Part shown: in pieces, positions 45,002 to 54,820 of the stretch
Position numbering within the stretch: position 1 is the first letter of the stretch
Layout: every line of letters begins with the position of its first letter
From: Actinomycetota bacterium
GTDB taxonomy: Bacteria > Actinomycetota > Thermoleophilia > Gaiellales > Gaiellaceae
Length of the DNA stretch: 64,000 bases
Direction: 5' to 3'
Assembly: GCA_046734455.1 (NCBI GenBank)
Contig: JBKPRJ010000055.1
Coordinates: 14,151-78,150 of the forward strand
Notes under the pieces: model-generated
Databases searched by the model: none
What the model was told of the DNA's origin: nothing
The model's input: the letters and a program-made list of their open reading frames with translations, nothing else
Translations under genes and position numbers: made by a program

Positions 45002-46241
45002 TCAGCAGGGCGCGGGCTTGATCGGCGGGCATGGCGGCACCGTGCCCGGGCCTGGAGGTGCGTCGGGATGGTGGTTTCCGCGGATCGCGGTTTCAGTGGC
45101 CATCCGCCGGATCAAGAGGATGACCGCGACCAGGGCCAGTGCTGCGACGGCCGCCAAGTAGACGAGTGCTGTCTTGTGCAGGCCATAGTGCGATGTGGCA
45201 ATGCCGCCGACAACAGCCGGAATGCCGGTTGCCAGGTAGCTGACGATGTAGATCGCGGCGATCAGGCCGGCGCGATCGTCGGACGGGGCTAGCGCGATCG
45301 TGACTCGGTAGGCGCCCATGAACGCCGCTCCAAAGCCGAGCCCGGCGACGGCCGTACCCACGAAAAGGGCCGCCGGCGTGGCCGTCTCGATCGAGACGAG
45401 CGACACCATGGCTCCGACGATCAGAGCGAAGCAGCCGCCCAACAGCACGCCTGACGGGCTCCTCTTGCCGAGTAGGGCCGAGGCCATGGCCCCGAGACCG
45501 GTGAGCAGGAAGATCAAGATGCCGCCCCAAAGCAGGTTCTTCGAGTGCAGCTGCTGGGCCGCCAGCGACGGTCCCAGTGACACATAGAAGCGCCGAGCGC
45601 CCACAGTCCTACCAACCCTGGCACCGCTGCCGCGAACGCCCCCCTGGCCCGCCGGGACACACTCACGTGCGGCCGCAGTGAACTCGCAGCACCGACGCGA
45701 ACTGCTCCAGGTTCTGGGATCGCCAGCACAACGAAGATGCCGATCACGAACGCCGCCAGGAGCAGCCACCAGACCAAGCGGGTGGGCGCAAGAGCGTACT
45801 GAGCCAATGCGCTCGCACCGATTGCGCCGAGGGCCTGTCCGCCGGTCGGCGCTGCGCTGGAAACGACCGGTGCAGCTCTGCCCTCGGGCCGCAGGTCAAG
45901 CAGCGCGACGCTAGCCGTTCCGGAGATGAGGCCGACGGCGACACCTTGCAGCGCGCGGGCCCCGAACAGCAACACGAGAGCGTGCGCGATCAGGAATAAG
46001 CCGCACGCGGCAGCACCGGCAGCCAGTCCTAAGAGCATCACCGGCCGCCGGCCCACGTAGTCGGACACGGAGCCGAAGAACAGGAGCGTGAGCAGGAGAA
46101 CGGCGATGTAGATCGCGAACAACAAGGTGAGCATCGTCGCGGAGAATCCGAACTGGATCTGGTAGACCGGTAAAGTGGCGACGCCGCGGTGTTGGCTGCA
46201 AACGCCAGAAACGCGATCGCAGCCGCGGCCCAGAAGGACAT
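45002..46241 (-). pseudogene. MFS transporter disrupted by two single-base frameshifts
   Basis: Three track ORFs in three frames tile one MFS protein. These are ...FLAFAANTAASPLY | (R)VYQIQFGFSATMLTLLFAIY...LWALG | (G)FYVSLGPSLAAQQL...LIRR. The junctions lie at about 46166-46171 (CCGG-TC) and about 45588-45596 (GGCG-CTTC). Each is consistent with loss of one G. Confidence 0.75.
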
Positions 46242-46469
46242 GCTCGGCGACAGCGTTGCGCGCCGTGACGGCCTGTCTGTAACCCCGGTGCTGGAGGCGG
46301 ACGTGGTGCATCCTTCGGTCGGCGATCGAGAACCTTCAGGCTCGACTCGGTTGCTTGGACTTCGATCCCCGATCATGGCGCCGCCGTTCGTGACCGCAAG
46401 GCACAACGTCGAACCCAAGGATGCTGGAACTCCCGAAGCTCCTATTCCGGACCCGAGTAGGCTCGAGCG

Positions 46470-47132
46470 ATGCCGGCGCTGATCTTCGACCTGGACGGGA
46501 CGCTGGTCGACACGGTTTACGCCCACGTGTTCGCCTGGCAGCGCGCGCTGGCCGAGGCGGGCCTGGCGATCGACGGTTGGCGGATCCATCGACGGATTGG
46601 CATGAGCGGCGGCCTGTTCACGCGTGCGGTGGCGCGCGAGCTGGGCAGACCGCTGACGTCGACCGAAGTTGAGGCGATCCAGGCCCGTCACGGTCAGCTC
46701 TTTCGGGAGCTGCTTCCGGAGCGACGGCCGCTACCCGGGGCGGCGGAGCTGCTCACCGAGTTGCGAACGGCGGGGGTGCCGTTCGGGATCGCGACCTCTG
46801 GCCGACGGCCAGAGATCGACGCCTCGCTCGAGACGCTCGCACTGGGCCCGGAGACGGTCGTGGTCGAGCGCGGAAACGTTCAGCGGGCCAAGCCTGAACC
46901 AGACCTCTTCCTTGCCTGCGCCGCCCGGCTCAGTGCCTCGCCCGAGGAGTGCTTCGTCGTCGGCGATGCCGTCTGGGACTTGCTCGCCGCACGCCGGGCG
47001 CGGATGCTCAGCATCGGTCTTCTCAGTGGCGGTTATGGCGAGGACGAGCTGAACCGCGCCGGTGCTTTTCGTGTCTACCGGGACACAAAAGAGCTACGCG
47101 AGTCACTGGACGAGCTCGGCCTGCTCTCGTAG
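46470..47132 (+). CDS. HAD-family hydrolase (phosphoglycolate-phosphatase-like)
   Basis: 220 aa with the motifs IFDLDGTLVDT, a (S/T)xG motif and GDAVWD. Confidence 0.9.
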   Translation: MPALIFDLDGTLVDTVYAHVFAWQRALAEAGLAIDGWRIHRRIGMSGGLFTRAVARELGRPLTSTEVEAIQARHGQLFRELLPERRPLPGAAELLTELRTAGVPFGIATSGRRPEIDASLETLALGPETVVVERGNVQRAKPEPDLFLACAARLSASPEECFVVGDAVWDLLAARRARMLSIGLLSGGYGEDELNRAGAFRVYRDTKELRESLDELGLLS

Positions 47133-47331
47133 AGACCACTTCGGGCCGCTCCCGCCCGGGTGTCGACCAGAGGTTTCGCCAGCTCAGGCCCGTGCGCCCT
47201 GGAGAGGAATGAGCCCACTCCGGCTGGTGCTCGCAGACCAGCTCATGTTTCGGGCCCGATTGAATTGACCAGGCTGCCCGGCGTGTTGACCTGGAGCTCT
47301 CCACGGCGAAAGGTCGTCCGTTGGCGAAGGC

Positions 47332-47586
47332 TCATCGCACAGGCTGGAGAGCCGCGAGTCCGCGCAGGTCGACGCATGTGACCCTGTAAGCCTCGACGAG
47401 GACCATCAGGATGCTGTTGCACCGGGGACATCGGACGACCGTCCCGGGCCCCCGCAGGTAGACGCGGAGCTCGCCGACCCACCTGGCCTCGCCGCAGCTC
47501 GCGCACGTTCCAATGGCAGTCGTCATCTCTTGGCCAAAGAGGGCGAAGAGCGTTCCTGCGATCGCGTTGCCGTCGAGGGTGACCAT
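47332..47586 (-). CDS. Small CxxC...CxxC zinc-ribbon-like protein (DUF6510-like, from memory)
   Basis: Start is MVTLDGNAIAGTLFALFG (84 aa). The Cys pairs are CASCGE...CPRCNS. It lies 4 nt downstream of the FNR-like gene. Confidence 0.65.
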   Translation of the reverse strand: MVTLDGNAIAGTLFALFGQEMTTAIGTCASCGEARWVGELRVYLRGPGTVVRCPRCNSILMVLVEAYRVTCVDLRGLAALQPVR

Positions 47587-47590
47587 CAAC

Positions 47591-48322
47591 CTAGGTTCCC
47601 GTTGGGCCGAAGCGCTCGATCCGGATCCGACCCGGTTCGTGGCCGAGCGCGACAAGGAGGTCGGCGGCCGTTTCGACGAACGCGGTGGGTCCGCAGATGT
47701 AGACGAGTGGCCGATCCTGCGCCGGCCAAGCCACTTCCTCGATGAGCGCTCGGTCGATCCGCCGCGTGTACCCGTCCCAGCCCTCGGGTCGCTCACGCGT
47801 CAGCGTGATGCACGTGTCGAAGCTTGCGAGCTCCTGGCGGTAGATCAGATCTTCGCGCGTTCGCGCTGAGTAGAGCAAGCGGGCGGGAACGTCGCTCCCC
47901 GTAGCGCGGTGGTGGCGCAGCATCGCGCGCAGCGGCGCCACTCCTGAGCCGCCGCCGACGAGCATGAGCGGGCCTCCGAGCGACTCCTCCCAGACGAAGT
48001 ACCCGCCGATCGGCCCGCGAAGCTCCAGTTCGTCACCGGGGCGCAGCTCGCCGGCGAGATACGGGGAGACCTCGCCGTCGATGAGCCGTTCGACGGTAAG
48101 CATGACTCTGCGTTCCTCGGGGGCCGAGGCGATCGAGTAGCTGCGCTGCGCCTGGTAGCCATCTTCGGCAGTGAGGCGCACGTCGACGTGCTGACCGGCG
48201 CGATGCCCCGGCCACCGGGGAGCGTCGAGCACGATGCTCTTCGTTCGCGGGTTCTCCTCGATGAGGTCGACCACCGTCGTCAGCTGCCAGCTCAGTCGCC
48301 GCGGTAGCGCTGCTCTTTCCAC
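47591..48322 (-). CDS. Ferredoxin-NADP reductase-like FAD/NAD-binding oxidoreductase
   Basis: RSYSIAS is the FAD motif and MLVGGGSGVAPL is the NAD(P) motif. GTG 48320-48322 is proposed as the start, overlapping the upstream gene by 31 nt. Confidence 0.85.
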   Translation of the reverse strand: MERAALPRRLSWQLTTVVDLIEENPRTKSIVLDAPRWPGHRAGQHVDVRLTAEDGYQAQRSYSIASAPEERRVMLTVERLIDGEVSPYLAGELRPGDELELRGPIGGYFVWEESLGGPLMLVGGGSGVAPLRAMLRHHRATGSDVPARLLYSARTREDLIYRQELASFDTCITLTRERPEGWDGYTRRIDRALIEEVAWPAQDRPLVYICGPTAFVETAADLLVALGHEPGRIRIERFGPTGT

Positions 48323-48897
48323 GGGTCGCCATAGTTGTGGTAGCCGTAGTACTCCCAGAAGCCTGGCTCGTCGTATTCGAGCAACTCGAGGCCGCGCACC
48401 CATTTGGCGCTCTTCCAGAAGTAGAGGTGCGGAACGAGCAGCCGGGCCGGGCCGCCGTGTTCCGGTTCGAGGGGTTCGCCTCCGTACTCGTAAGCGATCC
48501 ATGCCTGGCCGCCGGTCAGATCCGCAAGCGGCAAGTTGGTTGTGTAGCCGCCATCGCAGAAGGCGAGCCCGTGCTCGGCGACGCTCGTCTCCACACCGTC
48601 GAGCAGCGTGTCGAGCGAGACGCCCCTCCAGACCGTGTCGAGCTTCGACCACTTGGTGACGCAGTGGATGTCGACCGTGATCGTCTCGCTCGGCAACGCT
48701 TGGAATTCCTCCCAGGTCCACGAGACCGGCTCATCGACAACGCCACGGATCGTGAAGTCCCACGCGGCGAGCGGGGTGTGCGGTGTCGGGCCGGCTGACA
48801 GCACCGGGAAGTCGCCGGTGACGTACTGGCCGGGCGGCACCCGCGCCGGATCGGCGTCGTCGCGGCGCCTGCCCTGGAAGCCGCGCGAGATAGCCAT
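48292..48897 (-). CDS. Sulfite-oxidase-like molybdopterin-binding oxidoreductase (short YedY/MsrP-type domain)
   Basis: 201 aa starting MAISRGFQ. The Mo-ligand Cys context is VDIHCVTKWSK. Its start and the Dps stop overlap by 1 nt (TGATG). Confidence 0.88.
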   Translation of the reverse strand: MAISRGFQGRRRDDADPARVPPGQYVTGDFPVLSAGPTPHTPLAAWDFTIRGVVDEPVSWTWEEFQALPSETITVDIHCVTKWSKLDTVWRGVSLDTLLDGVETSVAEHGLAFCDGGYTTNLPLADLTGGQAWIAYEYGGEPLEPEHGGPARLLVPHLYFWKSAKWVRGLELLEYDEPGFWEYYGYHNYGDPWKEQRYRGD

Positions 48898-49451
48898 CAG
48901 GCGTGCTCCCCAAGCTGGACTCGCAGCATCCACTGCTGTTTCTCGAGCTCGCGCACGACCTCGATCAGGACATCCTGCGAAGCGACATCGGCGTCGCCCA
49001 GGCGGTCCATACGGCGCCTGACTCGCTCGCTCACCTCGGCGACCCGATGAGTGAGCTCGCGCACGACCAGGTGATCCTCGATCGATCCGCGTGCAACCGG
49101 TGCCAACTCCGACCCCGCCGCGATCGCGCCCGCTTGGCCATCCGGAACGAAGCCGAGCGCGACGGCCCGCTCGGCGACCGTGTCGGAGAGCTCGTGCCAA
49201 GATTCGACCAGCTCGTCGAGCTGCAGGTGGAGGGGCCGAAACAGCGGGCCAACGATCGCCCAGTGCAGCTGCTTGCCGATCAGGGAGAGATCGAGGAGCT
49301 CGTGCAGGGTCGCCTCCAGCTCCACTCCAACGCCCTCGCGCTCATGCGGCACCTCAAGCGTTGGCAGATAGGTCGATGTTGCCGGTGAAGCCATTCCAGC
49401 CATCCCGTCTCCTTCCCGCGACGCGCCGCTCGCCACCTCTTGGCAGGTCAT
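48897..49451 (-). CDS. Dps-family ferritin-like DNA-protection protein
   Basis: LHELLDLSLIGKQLHWAIVGPLFRPLHLQLDE is the Dps ferroxidase-site region. The start may be 49451 or an internal ATG near 49403. Confidence 0.88.
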   Translation of the reverse strand: MTCQEVASGASREGDGMAGMASPATSTYLPTLEVPHEREGVGVELEATLHELLDLSLIGKQLHWAIVGPLFRPLHLQLDELVESWHELSDTVAERAVALGFVPDGQAGAIAAGSELAPVARGSIEDHLVVRELTHRVAEVSERVRRRMDRLGDADVASQDVLIEVVRELEKQQWMLRVQLGEHA

Positions 49452-49582
49452 CTGAGTCGCAAGACATTCACCTCATACGCTGCCAAGCCTGGGTTCGGAC
49501 GCGGGAACGACGAGGTGCGCTTGTTCCGTCCGGCGACAAAGTCGTCTGGCGAGCTTCCCGCCACGGCGCGTACGGTCGCGCC

Positions 49583-50491
49583 ATGACCAATAACGAACAC
49601 CCAACCAACGGAATCAGGGCCGCCTCACCCGCAGCGCGCCCGCCACGCACCACTAGCTCGCGCGGGTCCAGCCCAGCTGCCTTCGACCCGCTCGCGCTTT
49701 ACCTGCACGAGATCGGTCGCTACCGGCTGCTTACGCGGGCGCAGGAAGTCCAGCTGGCGAAGCGGATAGAAGGTGGGGACCCGCAGGCGAAGGAGCGGCT
49801 CATCAATTCGAATCTCCGCCTGGTCGTTTCGGTCGCCAAGCGCTACCAGCGCCAGAGCATCCCTCTCCTCGACCTAATCCAGGAAGGAACGCTCGGCCTG
49901 ATCCGGGCGAGCGAGAAGTTCGATTGGCGCCGCGGTAACAAGTTCTCTACGTATGCAATCTGGTGGATCCGCCAAGCCATCGACCGTGCTGTCTGCAGTC
50001 AGGCAGAGCCGATCCGGATCCCCGTTCACGTCAACGAACGACGGCGTAGGCTCGCACGCGTCAGGCAAGCGCTCACACTCGATCTCGAGCGCGAGCCCTC
50101 ACTCGCCGAGGTCGCTGCCGCAGCAGCGCTGTCGCCCGCACAAGCCGAGCAGGCGCTGAGCATCCCGGCCGGCTTCGTCCCCCTATACGGTGCGAACGCC
50201 GACGGCCGCGAACCCAGGACCGAGATCGTCGACGCGCAAGCCAGCGAAGCATACGAGCGCGTTGATGGCGTCCTCACTGGCACCCGTCTCGACGACCTGC
50301 TCGATGCACTGCCCACGCAGCAACGTCAGGTGATTGCGCTTCGCTACGGCATCACGGGCGAAGAGCGCACGACCGACCAAACCGCCGCAGATCTCGGCAT
50401 TTCGCCACAACAGGTTCAAGCGCTCGAGCGCACGGCGTTGCAGCGCCTGCGCGAGCTGAGCTCACTGGCCGAGTTGGAGCAGGCAGCCTGA
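49583..50491 (+). CDS. RNA polymerase sigma-70 family factor (group 2/3-like)
   Basis: Real start is ATG 49583 (302 aa). LINSNLRLVVSVAKRY, DLIQEGTLGLIRASEKFD and FSTYAIWWIRQAI are regions 2.1-2.4. A region 4 HTH is present at the C-terminus. Confidence 0.9.
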   Translation: MTNNEHPTNGIRAASPAARPPRTTSSRGSSPAAFDPLALYLHEIGRYRLLTRAQEVQLAKRIEGGDPQAKERLINSNLRLVVSVAKRYQRQSIPLLDLIQEGTLGLIRASEKFDWRRGNKFSTYAIWWIRQAIDRAVCSQAEPIRIPVHVNERRRRLARVRQALTLDLEREPSLAEVAAAAALSPAQAEQALSIPAGFVPLYGANADGREPRTEIVDAQASEAYERVDGVLTGTRLDDLLDALPTQQRQVIALRYGITGEERTTDQTAADLGISPQQVQALERTALQRLRELSSLAELEQAA

Positions 50492-50521
50492 AGAGAGCAC
50501 CACTGCAGGAAGTGGCCGGCA

Positions 50522-53500
50522 CTACACCGGCGACAGTGGTTCCGAGTTTGACGCGAGTGCAGGATCCTGGAGAAGCGGGATCTCGACGTCGACTCGGGTT
50601 CCGCTTCCGGGCGGGCTCGCAACGCGGATCGTGCCGTCGAGGGCCTCGACGCGATCCTTGAGCCCGATTAGACCGGAGCCTCTCGAATCTGCTCCCCCCA
50701 CGCCGTCGTCGACGATCGAGAGGCAGAGCGTCTCCTCCTCGACGTGGAGATCGATCCGGACGCAAGAGGCGTCAGCGTGCTTGGCGGCGTTCGTGAGCGC
50801 TTCCGAGGCCACGTAGTAGACGGCGACCTCGATTCCGTCGGGGAACCGGCGCTCACAGCGTATGTTGAGCTTGACACGTATCGGCGAGCGAAGAGCGAGC
50901 GCCTCGAGGGCCGGTGAGAGGCCGCCCTCTGTCAGAACGGCTGGATGGATGCCGCGCGACATCTCGCGGAGCTCCTCGATCACACTCGTCAATCGATCCG
51001 CGAAGCGCCCGACCTCCGTCCTTAGGTCCTCGAGGCCGGCGGGAACCCGGTCTTCTGCGGAGCGCAACCCAAGGGCCAGTGTGACCAGCTGCTGCTGAGC
51101 ACCGTCGTGGAGGTCACGCTCGATGCGCCGACGGCTTTCGTCGCCGGCGGCAATGACGCGGGCGCGGGAAGCGGCGACTTCGGCGCGCATCGTCGCGTTC
51201 GAAACGGCGGTCGCAACGAGTTCGGTGAAGCGTCCGATGCGCTCCGCTGTCTCGGACGGATTCCGGTCGAGCTCCGGCGTCGCCACGCAGAAGACGCCCC
51301 AGAGGCTGCCGTCGACGACGATCGGGACACCGAGGTCCGACTCCGACGGGTGGCCTTCCCACATTTCGCGCGGGGTTGCCACCGCGATGTCCGTGAAGTT
51401 GGCGACGTGGACCGGGCGCCCGGCGGTATGTACGCGAGCGGCAAGGCTGTCGACGTCGAGAGGCCAGCGGCTGCCGACCGGAAAGCGGGTGCCCGAGGCC
51501 GCGAGGATGGTGCATACGTCGCCCTCGTACCGGGCGAGCGTCACGGCCGCGGGCTCGAAGAGCCCCGCCACTTCTTCTGTAACAGCCGAGAAGAGTGCGG
51601 CCGGCTCCGCACCTTCGGCAACAAGTGTTGCGACTCGCCGGAGCGCAGCCTGTTCATCTGCGAGCCGGCGAAGGTTGTCGCGCGACTCGGCGTTGGCGAT
51701 GGAGGTGGCGAGCAGCTCGGTGAACTCTACGATTCGCGACTCCGTGTCGGCGGGCAAAGGCCTGCTTTGGTTCGTAGCGGCGATCATCGCGCCCCAGAGC
51801 CGGCCCTCGACCGCGATCGGAGACGCAACGGCGGAGCGCACACCCAGCACGTTCGCCATGGCCGCGACCGAACCGGTTGCGCTCTCCCAGTCATCCATCC
51901 GGGCGGCCTGTCCCGTTTGATGCACCGTGGCAACGATGTTCTCCCCCTCGAGAGTAAGACGGGTGCCCAGCGGTGGCGGGTCCCACGGAGTCTCCGACTG
52001 CGCGACGAGCGTGGCGGTCTCGTCGGACTCGAATCGAAGCATCCCGATGGCGTCCACCTCCAAGACCCGAGCCGCCTCTCCGGCGACCGCTTCGAGGACC
52101 TCAACCGGCGATGATTCCTGCGCCGCAACCGTCGCCACCCGCCGCAGGGCGGCTTGTTCTGTAGCAAGCCTGCGAGCGCGCCCTTCGGAGGTTGCAAGCT
52201 CGGCACGGCTTTCCGTGTTCGCGATCGCGGTGGCGACCAGCTCCGTGAAGTCTGCGAGCCGCGCTTCCGTGCTCTCGGGGAGTGGCTCGCGCCGCGGCGA
52301 GAGGACAGCTATGGCGCCCCAGAGGCGACCTTCGACAGTGATGGGGCTCGCGACCGCCGAACGCATCCCCGCCTGCCGCACGACGGCAGCGGCCTGTCCC
52401 CGTACGTCCGTGTAGTCGTCGAGCCGGGCGGGTCCGCCGCTCTGCCATACGGATGCGAGCACCCCGGGGCCGTCGAGCTGCCAGCGTGCTCCGGGCGCGA
52501 GCGGATCCACCCTCTCACCCCCGCCGCCGATGAGCTCCGCCGCCGAGCCGTCCAATTCGTAGCGGACCAACCTCACGAGCGGGACGTCGATGATTCGCGC
52601 GACCTCCTCCGCGACAGCGGCAAAGAGCTGTTGCGGCGACGACTCGCGTGCCACGAGGGTCGCAACGCGCCGCAAAGCGGCCTGCTCACCCGCCAGCTCA
52701 CGCAGATGGCCCTCCGCTTGTTTCGCGGCAGAGAGATCGCGCAGCGCTCCACAGATCCGGACCGGCTCAGCCTCGACCTGGCTTAGCGCCAACTCGACGG
52801 GGAACTCGCTCCCGTCTGCCCGCATGCCAGTCATCTCCATTCGGCGTCCGATCATGCTCCCGTGGCCGGTCTCGATGAAACGAGCAAAGCCGGTGATGTG
52901 GCGCTCGCGTAGGGAAGGCGGCACGATCAGCTCCGCCATCGTTCGCCCGAGCGCTTCCTCACGGGTGTAGCCGAACGTCCGTTCGGCGGCGGGGTTGAAT
53001 TCGACCACCCTGCCGGACGCGTCCGCGATGATGACGCAGTCCAGGGCCGCCTCGAAATAGGCGCTTGCGCCCGGGTTTGACGTCGTGTTGGGCCGCCCGC
53101 CCGCGACTTTCACAGCCATTCCGCAATCGCCCGAATGCCACACGGCGGCGTGACCCCTGGCTTGCTCTTGCGCACTTCCTTCCGGGCGCTCAAGCGTCTC
53201 GTTTGCTGCAGCGCCGAAGCCGGGCGGGCCGGTACGGCGGACAAGGTACGCCTCGCCATGGCCGAGCGGCTCCGCAGCGGCCAACGAGCCGTCGCCCAAG
53301 AGGATCTCGCCGCCACCTTCGGGAATCGCGAGTGGCTTCGGGGACGCCGCTAACTGCGCGCCGGCGAGCACGTAGCCGTCCGGGCTCACCAGTACATCCG
53401 TTGCCCTCGTCGCCAGGTCGGCATAGCGCCGTCGCAAGCGAGCGTCGCTTTGGCGTCGCGCATCGGCGTGGCAGTGCTCCAGTGCCCGGGCAGCCGTGGT

Positions 53501-54175
53501 CGCGAGCTCCAGGCTGAGTGGATGGACCGTCTCGAAAGGGCTCGAGAGGTCGACGACTCCGAGTACTCGACGGGATACAGGGTCGTGCACAGGCGCCGCA
53601 GAGCACGTCCACCCATGGTGTCGCTCGTTGAAGTGCTCGGAGGCGAACACCTGCAGGGCATGGTCAGCCGCGAGCACCGTCCCGATTCCGTTCGTTCCCG
53701 CCGCGGCTTCGCTGTACCGGGCGCCTTCGACGAAATTCATCTCCGCGGCGCGCTCCCTCAGAGCCTCCGGACCTTCGATGTGCAAGAGCAACCCGGAGGC
53801 GTCGCTTACGACGATCAGGCTCTGGGAGTCGCTCGCGATCCCCTTTAGCTGATCGAGTAGCACGCGCACAAGGGAACCAAGTGGATGCTCGGCCCACCGC
53901 TCCCGCATCTCGCTCCCGTCTGCCTCGAGCGGAGCCAACAGATCGACAGGATCAAGACCAGTGTCCAGAGAACGCTTCCAGGAGTCGACGATCGCCCATC
54001 GCAACTCTGCGGCTGCCCCGGGCGGGGGCTCAGAGTTCAGCTCGCGACCGGCGAGCAGGCGCTCCCAGCTCTGATGAAGCTGTCGAGCGCGTACGCGCGG
54101 ATCCACCCCCGGCGAAAGAGCCAGCCACTGGGAAGGCACGGCCCGACGATCATAGCGCCCCGTTCGACAATCCAT
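50522..54175 (-). CDS. Cytoplasmic multi-GAF/PAS sensor histidine kinase (HisKA_3 / NarX-class)
   Basis: 1217 aa. An N-terminal AcoR-type GAF is followed by a PAS domain (CVIIADASGRVVEFNPAAERTFGY). Three GAF modules are each introduced by EQAALRRVAT. The H-box is ERDLHDGAQQQL and the HATPase block is DDGVGGAD...GLIGLKDRV. Confidence 0.9.
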   Translation of the reverse strand: MDCRTGRYDRRAVPSQWLALSPGVDPRVRARQLHQSWERLLAGRELNSEPPPGAAAELRWAIVDSWKRSLDTGLDPVDLLAPLEADGSEMRERWAEHPLGSLVRVLLDQLKGIASDSQSLIVVSDASGLLLHIEGPEALRERAAEMNFVEGARYSEAAAGTNGIGTVLAADHALQVFASEHFNERHHGWTCSAAPVHDPVSRRVLGVVDLSSPFETVHPLSLELATTAARALEHCHADARRQSDARLRRRYADLATRATDVLVSPDGYVLAGAQLAASPKPLAIPEGGGEILLGDGSLAAAEPLGHGEAYLVRRTGPPGFGAAANETLERPEGSAQEQARGHAAVWHSGDCGMAVKVAGGRPNTTSNPGASAYFEAALDCVIIADASGRVVEFNPAAERTFGYTREEALGRTMAELIVPPSLRERHITGFARFIETGHGSMIGRRMEMTGMRADGSEFPVELALSQVEAEPVRICGALRDLSAAKQAEGHLRELAGEQAALRRVATLVARESSPQQLFAAVAEEVARIIDVPLVRLVRYELDGSAAELIGGGGERVDPLAPGARWQLDGPGVLASVWQSGGPARLDDYTDVRGQAAAVVRQAGMRSAVASPITVEGRLWGAIAVLSPRREPLPESTEARLADFTELVATAIANTESRAELATSEGRARRLATEQAALRRVATVAAQESSPVEVLEAVAGEAARVLEVDAIGMLRFESDETATLVAQSETPWDPPPLGTRLTLEGENIVATVHQTGQAARMDDWESATGSVAAMANVLGVRSAVASPIAVEGRLWGAMIAATNQSRPLPADTESRIVEFTELLATSIANAESRDNLRRLADEQAALRRVATLVAEGAEPAALFSAVTEEVAGLFEPAAVTLARYEGDVCTILAASGTRFPVGSRWPLDVDSLAARVHTAGRPVHVANFTDIAVATPREMWEGHPSESDLGVPIVVDGSLWGVFCVATPELDRNPSETAERIGRFTELVATAVSNATMRAEVAASRARVIAAGDESRRRIERDLHDGAQQQLVTLALGLRSAEDRVPAGLEDLRTEVGRFADRLTSVIEELREMSRGIHPAVLTEGGLSPALEALALRSPIRVKLNIRCERRFPDGIEVAVYYVASEALTNAAKHADASCVRIDLHVEEETLCLSIVDDGVGGADSRGSGLIGLKDRVEALDGTIRVASPPGSGTRVDVEIPLLQDPALASNSEPLSPV

Positions 54176-54270
54176 CGAAGCTCGACGAACCCTCGCTGCG
54201 CTCAGGTGCGCTCACGGTTGATCGGCTCACGCCGGACGCGACCTGTCGCCCCTGCTTCGGCATCGACGAC

Positions 54271-54747
54271 TCACGCTGCCTCAAGCCCTGCGAAGCCGGC
54301 AGGGCGATCCGCGCCAGATATGGACGCGTCCCGGTACCGCAACCTCGCTTGCTCGACGTCTTCGAGGTGCTCGTCCGCCCAGTCGGCCAACGCCATCAGT
54401 AGTTCAGTCGCCGACCAGCCAAGGGCGGTCAGCGAATACTCGACACGGACGGGAACCTCTGCGTAGACGTTGCGATCGACGAACCCGTCACGCTCAAGGC
54501 CGCGCAGGGAGTCGGTGAGCATCTTCTTCGATGCGCCCCGGAGGTTGTCGTAGAGCCGGCTGTATCGATGGACGCCGCGGGCTAGCAGGTACAGCAGATC
54601 GACCTTCCACTTCGAGGAGAGAAGGTCGCGCGCCGCCCGGGTACGGTCGATCATCTCGAGGTCCTGACGCGTCGGCCCTGCGTTCGGCCGACCGGCGCGC
54701 CGGGTGCCATGAGCATGATTGCCTCGGACTGATACGAGCTCTGCCAT
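54271..54747 (-). CDS. HxlR-family transcriptional regulator
   Basis: LSSKWKVDLLYLLARGVHRYSRLYDNLRGASKKMLTDSLRGLERDGFVDR is an HxlR winged helix. ATG 54747 has GGAAGGGG 6 nt upstream; ATG 54654 is an alternative. Confidence 0.85.
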   Translation of the reverse strand: MAELVSVRGNHAHGTRRAGRPNAGPTRQDLEMIDRTRAARDLLSSKWKVDLLYLLARGVHRYSRLYDNLRGASKKMLTDSLRGLERDGFVDRNVYAEVPVRVEYSLTALGWSATELLMALADWADEHLEDVEQARLRYRDASISGADRPAGFAGLEAA

Positions 54748-54820
54748 GCTGTCCCCTTCCTGTCGTCGCCCGGTTACCAGTGCACCGGGCGGACTTTTTG
54801 TTCAGGTCTGGTCGCCCCGC

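Noticed and set aside
45580-46180. Programmed ribosomal frameshifting in the MFS gene
   Set aside because: There are two separate frame changes. Both are at plain G-run positions with no slippery heptamer or downstream structure. Decay or sequencing error explains them more simply.
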